Origin: a virus
Taxonomy: Duplodnaviria; Caudoviricetes
IMG/VR virus record: IMGVR_UViG_3300015050_000883
Coordinates: 1-26,302 of that record
Length of the DNA: 26,302 nucleotides
Direction: 5' to 3' (one strand)
Shown: positions 1 through 8,300 of the stretch, piece by piece
Layout: each line of letters begins with the position of its first letter
Numbering within the stretch: position 1 is the first letter of the stretch
The notes under the pieces: generated by a model
What the model was told of the DNA's origin: nothing
The model's input: only the letters and a program-made list of their open reading frames with translations
The model's database searches: none
Position numbers and translations under genes: made by a program

Positions 1-1
1 G

Positions 2-58
2 CTTGCAGGGGATGATACAATTAAAAATGCAGAGAAATATATGCTTGGAAAGTTGTAA
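2..58 (+). CDS. Possible 3' end of an upstream gene (partial: LAGDDTIKNAEKYMLGKL*)
   Basis: Frame 2 is open from the window edge to TAA at 56-58, on the same strand as all other genes. Too short to identify. Confidence 0.35.
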   Translation, partial: LAGDDTIKNAEKYMLGKL

Positions 59-85
59 ATTTTTTTGTATATTATAATATAAGAG
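47..85 (+). promoter_or_regulatory. Putative phage-specific (late) promoter, copy 1: GGAAA-N9-TTTTT-N-GTA-W-ATTATAATATAAGAG
   Basis: 31/39 ungapped identity with 9522-9560 by manual alignment, including an identical 15-mer ATTATAATATAAGAG. Both copies lie upstream of structural gene blocks. Confidence 0.65.
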
Positions 86-175
86 TACTGCTTTTAGCAT
101 ACTATTTTAATCATTTAAAAAATCAAAAACACCTATAAGACACTCTTATAATTACCTATAAACAAAGATAATAAT

Positions 176-1690
176 ATGAAACCATATAAATCAAGTTCTG
201 ATAAAGAAAATTGTTCTCCTGTATCATCCAATTGTGTGATATGGCAGGGACCAGATATTTCTTGTATTAATATCTGTAAAGGAGATAGTATATCTGATAT
301 AACATATAAAATAGCTACTCAACTGTGTGACTTGCAAAACACAACATCACTTGATAATTTACAGCTTGATTGTATATTGAATATTTGTACAAATAGCCCA
401 GAACCAGAATTAACATTGGCTGCTGTTTTGCAACTTATTATAGACAAAATTTGTTGCTCTTTTGGAACACTTAATACAGCTATAGATAATATAATTACAG
501 AAGGTTTTGGTGGTTCTTCTGATGAACCAATTTTAAATTTACCTCCTTGTTTACAATATACAGATCCTTCTACAGGTTTACTAGTTACATCTTTAGTACT
601 GAGTTCTTATGTTGTTCATTTAGCAAATCAATTTTGTCTTTTAAAAGCAACAGTTACCACTCATACAGCACAGATTACAAGTCTTGATACACGAGTTACT
701 GATTTAGAAGATGCTCCATGTTGTTATATTCCTCCACTTGTTACTTCAAATTGTTCATACGGAAATATTGTAGCAGGGATTCCTACAGCTATGAATGTTT
801 TACTAGATAATTTAGATGATCAGTATTGTCAACTTAGAGATGTTTTAGGTACAAATAATCAATTAACTTCTGCAACAGCTTCACAGTGTACTAACTTAGG
901 TAGTCTAACTGCTTTAAGTCAACCTGGAACTATGTCTAGTTTAGCTGGTTGGAATAACACTATAAATAGTTTTGCTCAATCAATGCAAAACTTATGGATT
1001 ACAGTTTGTGATATGAGAGGAGTAATTGATGATCTTAGAGATTGTTGTGGTGCTTCAGACTGTTCATCTTTCTTTTTAGGATTTACAGTGGGAACAACAA
1101 CTAGTACTAATATTTTCTTGTTATTTAATTCACTTACTGTTATTCCTTCTGGATATTCAAATTGTCCAACTTTATCATCTGTAACAATTAATGATGGTAA
1201 TGGTCATTTATATACTAGTACTTTTGATTTAGTTGCTGCATCTACAAATCCTTCTGGAGTTAATTTTGATATTAGTGCTTCTGGATTAGATGTTTCTCTT
1301 CCTTGGACAATAGTGGTAACTGGTTGTATTGTAAATACTGCTGGAACGTGTACTAAAATAGTTACAAATACTATTCCTGCTCCAATACCTGTTACAACCA
1401 CTACAACTACAGCAGCTCCTTGTAATAATTATAATGTTTATATAGAAGCTGCAGATATAACTAATGCTGCAAATAATACAAATCCAGCACAAGATGGAAA
1501 TGTATATCTGTCATATATAGCTTGTGGAGACGTTGTAACATCTACAACTATTTATTCTACAAGTGGTGCTCAATCAGCAATATGTATTGATCCTATTTAT
1601 ACACCTTATTTCTTTTATTTTGATGCTGATGTATTAATAACTGGAACATCATATGTAACATTAGTAGGAACTTGTACACCACCATTATAA
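176..1690 (+). CDS. Cys-rich putative virion fibre/decoration protein (504 aa)
   Basis: N-terminal CV.W.GPD..C..I..G module shared with 1707, 3561 and 5268. Heptad-like helical stretches (e.g. VTTHTAQITSLDTRVTDLE) suggest a coiled coil. Has a poly-Thr linker and a C-terminal domain resembling that of 2024. No signal peptide. Confidence 0.6.
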   Translation: MKPYKSSSDKENCSPVSSNCVIWQGPDISCINICKGDSISDITYKIATQLCDLQNTTSLDNLQLDCILNICTNSPEPELTLAAVLQLIIDKICCSFGTLNTAIDNIITEGFGGSSDEPILNLPPCLQYTDPSTGLLVTSLVLSSYVVHLANQFCLLKATVTTHTAQITSLDTRVTDLEDAPCCYIPPLVTSNCSYGNIVAGIPTAMNVLLDNLDDQYCQLRDVLGTNNQLTSATASQCTNLGSLTALSQPGTMSSLAGWNNTINSFAQSMQNLWITVCDMRGVIDDLRDCCGASDCSSFFLGFTVGTTTSTNIFLLFNSLTVIPSGYSNCPTLSSVTINDGNGHLYTSTFDLVAASTNPSGVNFDISASGLDVSLPWTIVVTGCIVNTAGTCTKIVTNTIPAPIPVTTTTTTAAPCNNYNVYIEAADITNAANNTNPAQDGNVYLSYIACGDVVTSTTIYSTSGAQSAICIDPIYTPYFFYFDADVLITGTSYVTLVGTCTPPL

Positions 1691-1706
1691 TAAATTAAAT
1701 TAGAAT

Positions 1707-1994
1707 ATGTCTTGTAACTGTAAATTATCTTCTTCTTCATGTGAACCGTGTGCATTTTGCTCACCTCCAGGAGTTACATGTTTAACCACATGTGAACCTA
1801 TAGATCCGTGTGATGGAAAAAAAATTGATTTATGTTGTGTATTATATTCTGGTCCAGATCATGAATGTTCTGATATAATTACTGGGGATCCATTGTGTGA
1901 AATAATTATTCAAGTTTTAGAAATATTGTTTCCTCTTGATTATTGTTGTGCATTAACAGGAGAACTCACTGTAATTACTACTGCTGCTCCTTAA
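1707..1994 (+). CDS. Small Cys-rich protein consisting almost only of the shared N-terminal fibre module (95 aa)
   Basis: MSCNC start and CVLYSGPDHECSDIITGDPLCEII module. First 17 nt (ATGTCTTGTAACTGTAA) are identical to the start of 5268. Confidence 0.65.
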   Translation: MSCNCKLSSSSCEPCAFCSPPGVTCLTTCEPIDPCDGKKIDLCCVLYSGPDHECSDIITGDPLCEIIIQVLEILFPLDYCCALTGELTVITTAAP

Positions 1995-2023
1995 CTTTAG
2001 TAACTTGTACAATATAAATATAA

Positions 2024-3523
2024 ATGTCACAACTTATAAATATAACAATCACTAGCTCAGGTCCAGATCTTGGCCCCTATGATTTATTTTTAGTAGATAA
2101 CTTAAATAATGTTTCTGCTGGGCCAACTAGTATTCCAAAGTCATTATTGCTTTCACCGGGATATACTTTTATTGTAAATGATAATATTGTAAAAGTTAGA
2201 TTGCAATCAGTTAACGCAGGATGTCCATATGTTGAATTTGATGTACCTCCTCCACCCCCTATTACTACAACTACTACTGCTAGCCTTCTTCCTACATGTC
2301 CTTGTTATTATGTACAAGCCATGGAAGGATCTTCAGTATTTTGGACTGATTGTGATGGAGTTGATCAAGAAGATATATATGCAGCAATACAACCAAGGTA
2401 TTGTGCTTTACTTGGCACATTATCATGTGACGATGTTGATGCAATAATCTACGGAGGAACAATTGCTTGTATTGATGATTCTTGTCCAACCCCTCCTTGT
2501 CAATGTATGACAGTAACTAGTGTAGATGGAGTTAATATACTAATAAACTATTTTGACTGTGATGGGGCTTTTATTTCAGATGTTCCTGTATATACTATAT
2601 ATCCATTACAAGTTTGTGGTAGTAATGTAAGTTCTATAGATCCTATTGAAGTATTTTATAGTGATGACTGTGAACCTACAGGAGAAGGTGATTCAATGGA
2701 ATGCCCTACTATACCAAACTGTACAGATAACTGTAATTGTATAACATTTACAAGTAATACAGTTGCTGGTGATATTGTTAGTTGGTTTGATTGTGATTTA
2801 GGTTATCATAGTTATATGATGGAAGATTATGAAATATTAAGTGTATGTGGATCTAATCCTACATCACCAACAGAAAACATAATTATTAGTATTGGAGGCC
2901 AATGCATTGAAGAAGAAGGATGTATTTGTACAACTACAACTACTTCTACAACTACGACTACTACAACAGCTCCTCCTTGTAAGTGTTACACTGTTAACGG
3001 AATTCTTGAAAGTCCAACTGCATTAACTTATATAAATTGTGAAGGACTAAGCATTTCTTTTACAATACGAGAATCAACTATATTAGTTCCAACTGTTGTT
3101 AATTTTTGTGCACAAGAAGGAACTATAGATATTCTTCCAGATACTAATATACCAATTGATAATGGATTATGTTTATATGGTACTCCATGTTTTGCTACAA
3201 CAACTACAACAACTCCTCCTTGTGAATCCACTTTATGGGAATACACTATAACAGGAGGTGATGTAGAAAATGCAACTGGAAATACAGGTGAGCCACTCAC
3301 TGTAAATGTTCCTGAACCACTTGAAGTTACAGCATATGATGCTTTTGGTGGAGAACAACAAAGTAATTGTCCTAGTGGTAATACTGGTGGAGGAGTTGCC
3401 TTTAATGCAGGATCTATAGGAACTCATACTATATGTTCAGTTAATGAACCATATTTTTGGTATTATAGTAACGATGTTGCTGTTTTTCTAACAATGACTA
3501 ATACATTGGTTCCTTGTCCTTAA
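2024..3523 (+). CDS. Acidic Cys/Thr-rich repeat protein, putative fibre/decoration protein (499 aa)
   Basis: Four ~60-aa CxC...[W/Y]xxCxG...C[G/A]...C repeats separated by Thr/Pro linkers; very few Lys/Arg. Confidence 0.6.
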   Translation: MSQLINITITSSGPDLGPYDLFLVDNLNNVSAGPTSIPKSLLLSPGYTFIVNDNIVKVRLQSVNAGCPYVEFDVPPPPPITTTTTASLLPTCPCYYVQAMEGSSVFWTDCDGVDQEDIYAAIQPRYCALLGTLSCDDVDAIIYGGTIACIDDSCPTPPCQCMTVTSVDGVNILINYFDCDGAFISDVPVYTIYPLQVCGSNVSSIDPIEVFYSDDCEPTGEGDSMECPTIPNCTDNCNCITFTSNTVAGDIVSWFDCDLGYHSYMMEDYEILSVCGSNPTSPTENIIISIGGQCIEEEGCICTTTTTSTTTTTTTAPPCKCYTVNGILESPTALTYINCEGLSISFTIRESTILVPTVVNFCAQEGTIDILPDTNIPIDNGLCLYGTPCFATTTTTTPPCESTLWEYTITGGDVENATGNTGEPLTVNVPEPLEVTAYDAFGGEQQSNCPSGNTGGGVAFNAGSIGTHTICSVNEPYFWYYSNDVAVFLTMTNTLVPCP

Positions 3524-3560
3524 AATAAAAATAAAATGTCAATTATTTAAAATATTAAAA

Positions 3561-5228
3561 ATGTATTATTCATCAGGATGTAATTGTGGGTGTGACTATG
3601 ATTGTGGATGTAACACGGTTCCATCTACTTGTTGTACTACATGTAGTCCAATTATTACTACTACCACTATACCTTGTATAGGGGAGCTTTGTGATGAATT
3701 ATATAATTGTGAATGTGTAACTTATAGTGGTCCTGATTTAACATGCTATGGTATAATAAATGGTACTTCTTTATGTGATATAATAGAAATTATTGCTACT
3801 CATCTTCCTAATTGTGTTTCTACAGATATTTGTTTTACAATATCAGAAAATTCACTTCCTTCAACAAGTTGTGTTACTCAACCTTCTTTACTTTTATGGA
3901 ATGGTAAAGTTTACTATCAACCTAAAATTGGAAATTGTTCTACAACATTAGGATATGTATATTGGACTGGTTCACAATGGGAGTATGCTAATGGTTTAGG
4001 AGGAGGCACTCAAATATATGCTTATCTACCTATTCCTAGTGAATATCCTATTACATCTCCATCAGGACCATGGATTAATTTTGGTACTACAGTAATAATG
4101 GAAAGTTCTACAGAAGGAGTATGTCCTGTTATTACAACTACTACCACTTCGTACCCATGTCCATGCTCATGTATAACCTTTAATAATGTTGGATCAGATC
4201 CAGCTGTAGTAACATGGTTAAGTTGTGGAACCCTTATTTTTAATAGTTACACTGTTCCTGGTCTAACCACTCATCAAGTTTGTGGTACAAATTCTACAGG
4301 TGCTAGTCAAAAATTACTAATTACAATAGGAGATAGTTGTGTTCCAAGTCAAGGAGATTGTGTATGCAATGTTCCAACAACTACCACTACTAGTGCACCA
4401 ACAACAACCACTACTACTATTGCACCTTGTAAATGCTATACTATTATATATCCAACTAGCATCTTGATTCCTGTTAAATCATTTAGCTACAGAACTTGTA
4501 CTGGAATTCTTGTAGGTGGAAGTATAGTTGTAAACACATCTGTAAACATATGTGCTCAAGAAGGATCTGTAACAGCATCTGGACTTTTACTTTTTGATAA
4601 TGGTCTTTGTACAAATGGTTGTACAACTACAACAACAACAATAGCTCCAACTACAATTGCTCCATCTACATCTACAACAACATCTACAACAACTACCACT
4701 ACAGTTGCACCTACAACTACTACAACAATTCTTCCTATAGTATGTAATTGTATATTATTTTCTAATATAAGTGACGTTAGTCAATCTATTAGTTATAGAA
4801 ACTGTTCTGGTGTAATTGTTTCTACATCAATTCCTGCAAATAGTCAAGCTCAGTATTGTGGATCAAATGGAGCTGCTTCAAATCCGGCATCTGTTATTAT
4901 TATTACTGGAGGAACTTGCATAGATGGAGCATGTTTGTCACCACTAACAACTAGTACAACAACAACTACCACAACAATTGCACCACCGGCAGACAATTAT
5001 TATTTTGCTAGAGCATATGTTTGTTCAGATGATGATACTAGTTGTAATTATGCATTTGATACATATGTTAAAATGTCTGGAGCAGGTGTAATTGGAAAGT
5101 TTTACAGAGAGCCTGGGCCAGCATTACAATTGTGGTCATATAAATTAGTAAATACAACACTAATAACAACAGGAACATATTTAACAAACATACCATTTGA
5201 TACTTGTGCATTAGCATGTACTGGGTAA
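3561..5228 (+). CDS. Cys/Thr-rich mucin-like repeat protein, putative fibre (555 aa)
   Basis: Cys-rich N-terminus, shared CVTYSGPDLTC module, three CxC repeats and long Thr/Ser/Pro tracts (e.g. 4623-4727). Confidence 0.6.
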   Translation: MYYSSGCNCGCDYDCGCNTVPSTCCTTCSPIITTTTIPCIGELCDELYNCECVTYSGPDLTCYGIINGTSLCDIIEIIATHLPNCVSTDICFTISENSLPSTSCVTQPSLLLWNGKVYYQPKIGNCSTTLGYVYWTGSQWEYANGLGGGTQIYAYLPIPSEYPITSPSGPWINFGTTVIMESSTEGVCPVITTTTTSYPCPCSCITFNNVGSDPAVVTWLSCGTLIFNSYTVPGLTTHQVCGTNSTGASQKLLITIGDSCVPSQGDCVCNVPTTTTTSAPTTTTTTIAPCKCYTIIYPTSILIPVKSFSYRTCTGILVGGSIVVNTSVNICAQEGSVTASGLLLFDNGLCTNGCTTTTTTIAPTTIAPSTSTTTSTTTTTTVAPTTTTTILPIVCNCILFSNISDVSQSISYRNCSGVIVSTSIPANSQAQYCGSNGAASNPASVIIITGGTCIDGACLSPLTTSTTTTTTTIAPPADNYYFARAYVCSDDDTSCNYAFDTYVKMSGAGVIGKFYREPGPALQLWSYKLVNTTLITTGTYLTNIPFDTCALACTG

Positions 5229-5267
5229 AAATAAAATAAACCTGTTTAATAATTAAATATTTAAAAA

Positions 5268-5966
5268 ATGTCTTGTAACTGTAATGCTAAATATGATAAT
5301 AAAGTACCTTGTTGTTGCTCAATAGGGGAACCTGTTATTTGTACAACTACAGTGTGCCCAGACTCACAACCTTGTTATGACACAGTTGAAACGGATTGTG
5401 TAATATATACAGGCATTGATTATGATTGTGCCGGTATTAGTAACGGTATGACAATCACTCAGGTGATGACTGCAATACTTACTGCAGTAAATTTAGTAGA
5501 ATGTACTACAACAACTACTGCTGCTCCTAGTTGTAGTTGCTATTTAGTAATTAATACTAGTCCTACTATTTCATATGATTTTACAACAACTATTTGTTTT
5601 GGTGATCCAGAACCACAAGAATTTAGTTTACTAGCAAATCAAAGAGTATACACTTGTAGCCTTGGTCCTATAACAGTAAGTAATCCAGCTGTAACTGTTC
5701 AACTATTACCATTTACTCAGTATCAGTGTTTAGATAGAGGAGGTAATTGTTTTAATCCTGTTACGTATTGTCATACTGTTACTGTTACAGGATCTGTTAA
5801 TATAGAATATATAAATATTGATGGAATTCTTACTTATACTGGAGTAATCACTACAAGTACATTTTTGTGTGCTTGGGCAGGTAGTATTGCACAAGTTGCT
5901 GGTGCTGGTAGTATTGTAATTACACCATCAACTGTACTTTGTTTAGATAATAATGATTGTGTATAA
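5268..5966 (+). CDS. Cys/Thr-rich putative fibre/decoration protein (232 aa)
   Basis: MSCNC start, CVIYTGIDYDC module, TTTTTAAP linker and two degenerate CxC repeats. Confidence 0.6.
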   Translation: MSCNCNAKYDNKVPCCCSIGEPVICTTTVCPDSQPCYDTVETDCVIYTGIDYDCAGISNGMTITQVMTAILTAVNLVECTTTTTAAPSCSCYLVINTSPTISYDFTTTICFGDPEPQEFSLLANQRVYTCSLGPITVSNPAVTVQLLPFTQYQCLDRGGNCFNPVTYCHTVTVTGSVNIEYINIDGILTYTGVITTSTFLCAWAGSIAQVAGAGSIVITPSTVLCLDNNDCV

Positions 5967-5993
5967 ATATTAAGAACTTAATATTTTTATAAC

Positions 5994-6001
5994 TAATTTT
6001 G
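5994..6001 (+). promoter_or_regulatory. Possible Bacteroidota housekeeping-sigma -7 element (TAATTTTG)
   Basis: Exact match to the TAnnTTTG consensus, about 45 nt upstream of the GT start. No clear -33 TTTG, and AT-rich DNA makes chance matches likely. Confidence 0.3.
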
Positions 6002-6044
6002 AATTATTTATAAAAAATACCGTAATAAACCAAAAATCAACAAA

Positions 6045-6959
6045 ATGAAATTTATTTGTGCACAACCTGCCATAGATTACTATACTTGGCAAGTAGAAGT
6101 TATGATAAATAACTTTATTCGAAATGGAGTAGATCCTAATGATATACATATTGTATGTGCTCATTATGGAGAAATTTCTAAAAAATGGAATAAATTAAAA
6201 CAAACGTATTCAAAAGTTAACTTTTTCTTTTATAAAGATGACAGAATTAAACCAAGTTATATTTCTAGTGTTAGGCCTTACATCTTACATAAACATTGGA
6301 TTAGTAATCCAGAACTAGAAAAAGAAATAATATTTTATCATGATTGTGATATAGTATTATCTAAAGAAGTTGATTTTACTGATCTTCTTTCTGATACTGT
6401 ATCTTATGTTAGTGATACTGTAAGTTATATAGGAGCTGACTATATAAGATCAAAAGGAGAACACTATCTAGATCTAATGACTAGAATAGTAAACGTTGAT
6501 AAGAATTTAGTAATATCTCAAGAAAAAAATAGTGGGGGTGCTCAGTATATTTTAAAACAAGTATCTGCTGCTTTCTGGAATAAAGTATATTGGGATGCTG
6601 AAAACTTATTTAGACTTGTAAACGATCAGATTGTGAAAGACAATCCTCCACATGCTATCCAAATATGGTGTGCTGATATGTGGGCAGTTCTTTGGAATTT
6701 ATGGTTTTTTGAAAAAGAAGTTAAGGTGAGTGATAAACTTCATTTCTCTTGGGCTACTTCTCCAATTGCAGAGTGGGACAAATGTCTCATCTATCATAAT
6801 GCTGGAGTAGTAGATGGCAATAGTAAATTATTTTATAAAGGAGCATATATTAATAGACTTCCTTTTGATATAAAAATTGAATCTTTTACAGATAAACAAT
6901 GCTCTTATAACTATGCTAAGGAAATCTTAAAAACAAAGGAGGTAACATGTCTATTGTAA
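6045..6959 (+). CDS. GT-A fold glycosyltransferase, HPAT/SERGT1-like (304 aa)
   Basis: DxD motif after a hydrophobic strand (IIFYHDCD, D at 6342/6348). Colinear motifs YTWQ, YISSVRP, SYIG, SGG and WCADMW resemble YFDWQ, YPAINKP, GYLVG, VGG and WISEMY of plant peptidyl-serine galactosyltransferase (recalled, not searched). Confidence 0.7.
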   Translation: MKFICAQPAIDYYTWQVEVMINNFIRNGVDPNDIHIVCAHYGEISKKWNKLKQTYSKVNFFFYKDDRIKPSYISSVRPYILHKHWISNPELEKEIIFYHDCDIVLSKEVDFTDLLSDTVSYVSDTVSYIGADYIRSKGEHYLDLMTRIVNVDKNLVISQEKNSGGAQYILKQVSAAFWNKVYWDAENLFRLVNDQIVKDNPPHAIQIWCADMWAVLWNLWFFEKEVKVSDKLHFSWATSPIAEWDKCLIYHNAGVVDGNSKLFYKGAYINRLPFDIKIESFTDKQCSYNYAKEILKTKEVTCLL

Positions 6960-8155
6960 AAACTAAAATAGTTCATTCCGAAAATCCTTTAGAGCATTGG
7001 TCAGATATTACAGATCTTAAAAATAAATGTGTTCTTGATTTAGGATGTGGCTGGATTAATCAAGGTTTTCAATCTACTCCAGAATATTTTTTATCAAGAG
7101 GAGCTTCTAAAATAATAGGAGTTGATGAAACATGTACTGAAATAAATAGTCTTACTGAAATATATCCATCACATACATTTCTTTGTGGAAAAATTGATAC
7201 AGCAGATGATTTATCAAATCTTATTAAAACTTATAAACCTGAGTTTATTAAAATGGATATAGAAGGATTTGAAGTTTTAATAAAAGATATACCAGTTGAA
7301 GTATTTAGTAGTGTAGAAGAAATGGCTGTTGAATATCATAACCCAGAATGTAAAGAAGTTCTTATTAATAAATTTAAAGAATTAAACTTTGAAGTATTTG
7401 CTTCAAATAGTTTTGGATGGTATTGTACAGATCCTAATATAATGGGTATAATACATGCTAAAAAGAAAAAATTAAAAGTATTAGTTTTTACATCTGCTTA
7501 TTATAAGAGAGCATATATGATGAGACAAAGTATATTAAGTTGTTTAAATCAGACATATAAAAATTTAGTTCATTCTGTTAATATCACTTTAGATTCAACA
7601 TCTACAACTAAAAATCTTTCACCTCTTTATGATGATTTAGTTAATAATAATGTGGTAATTAATTATAGTGATAATTATAAACATTATGGATTTTCACATT
7701 TCAATAATATGAATTGTATAAAGTTTATACCTGATTATGAAAGTTATGACTTATTTATAAAGATGGATGATGATGATATCCATAAAAGTAAATACGTAAA
7801 AAATATAGTAAAAGCTTTTGAAGAAAATCCTGATGTTGATATAGTCTCTTCATTTATAAATGTTCAATTAAATGGACATGATTTATATCGAGCTTCCCCA
7901 ACTCCTTTTGATAATCTAGGAGGAAATCCTGGAGGAAGTGATTACCACATGCCAATGACTTTTGCTTTTAATAAAAAAGCTTTAGATCTTATTCTTCCTT
8001 TAACAGAAGCAGATGTTTGTGGACATGATGATATGATGTGGAGAGTGGCTTGGGTGAAGGCTGGTTTAAAACATGCAACTGTAAATAACAATGATGAAAT
8101 TATATGGAACATACATGGAGAAAATGCATCAGTTGCAGATTTTCTTAAAAAATAA
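6947..8155 (+). CDS. Class I SAM methyltransferase (FkbM-like) fused to a GT2-like glycosyltransferase (402 aa)
   Basis: N-half has VLDLGCG motif I and FIKMDIEGFE. C-half has VLVFTSAY..R, SCLNQTY, YDLFIKMDDDD and HDDMMW. Overlaps the upstream GT by 13 nt. Confidence 0.8.
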   Translation: MSIVKTKIVHSENPLEHWSDITDLKNKCVLDLGCGWINQGFQSTPEYFLSRGASKIIGVDETCTEINSLTEIYPSHTFLCGKIDTADDLSNLIKTYKPEFIKMDIEGFEVLIKDIPVEVFSSVEEMAVEYHNPECKEVLINKFKELNFEVFASNSFGWYCTDPNIMGIIHAKKKKLKVLVFTSAYYKRAYMMRQSILSCLNQTYKNLVHSVNITLDSTSTTKNLSPLYDDLVNNNVVINYSDNYKHYGFSHFNNMNCIKFIPDYESYDLFIKMDDDDIHKSKYVKNIVKAFEENPDVDIVSSFINVQLNGHDLYRASPTPFDNLGGNPGGSDYHMPMTFAFNKKALDLILPLTEADVCGHDDMMWRVAWVKAGLKHATVNNNDEIIWNIHGENASVADFLKK

Positions 8156-8190
8156 AAGTCAGGTTTTGTTGGTTTAATCCTGACAAACAA

Positions 8191-8225
8191 AGCCCCGGTG
8201 TTTCTACACTGGGGCTCAATTTTTT
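8191..8225 (+). terminator. Rho-independent terminator after the glycosylation cassette
   Basis: 11-bp stem AGCCCCGGTGT/ACACTGGGGCT (one G-U), TTCT loop, then CAATTTTTT. A weaker GTCAGG/CCTGAC hairpin (8158-8184) precedes it. Confidence 0.8.
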
Positions 8226-8300
8226 AAATATGTTTATATAATGTTAATAATTTAAATTAAAAGTCCTTACCTTTATATATTATAACTAATTCTTAATAAT

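Noticed and set aside
1394-5519. CRISPR array or DGR template/variable repeat pair
   Set aside because: Repeats are in-frame Thr codon runs and protein-level paralogy. I saw no constant repeat with unique spacers, no ~100-bp pair differing only at adenines, and no reverse transcriptase or cas gene.
176-5966. Eukaryotic origin (mucin or Cys-rich surface proteins) or giant virus
   Set aside because: No introns or signal peptides; tight operon-like packing, TAATG overlaps, a bacterial terminator and crAss-like tail genes in the same window.
6027-8175. Loose inverted similarity flanking the GT cassette (AAACCAAAAATCAACAAAA at ~6027-6045 versus TTTTGTTGGTTT at 8164-8175)
   Set aside because: Short, gapped and low complexity, with no recombinase or target duplication. 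Not enough to call an invertible or mobile element.
8156-8300. tRNA or structured ncRNA in the intergenic gaps
   Set aside because: Only a terminator-like hairpin and a weak upstream hairpin; no cloverleaf or T-loop signature. Other gaps are short and nearly pure A/T.
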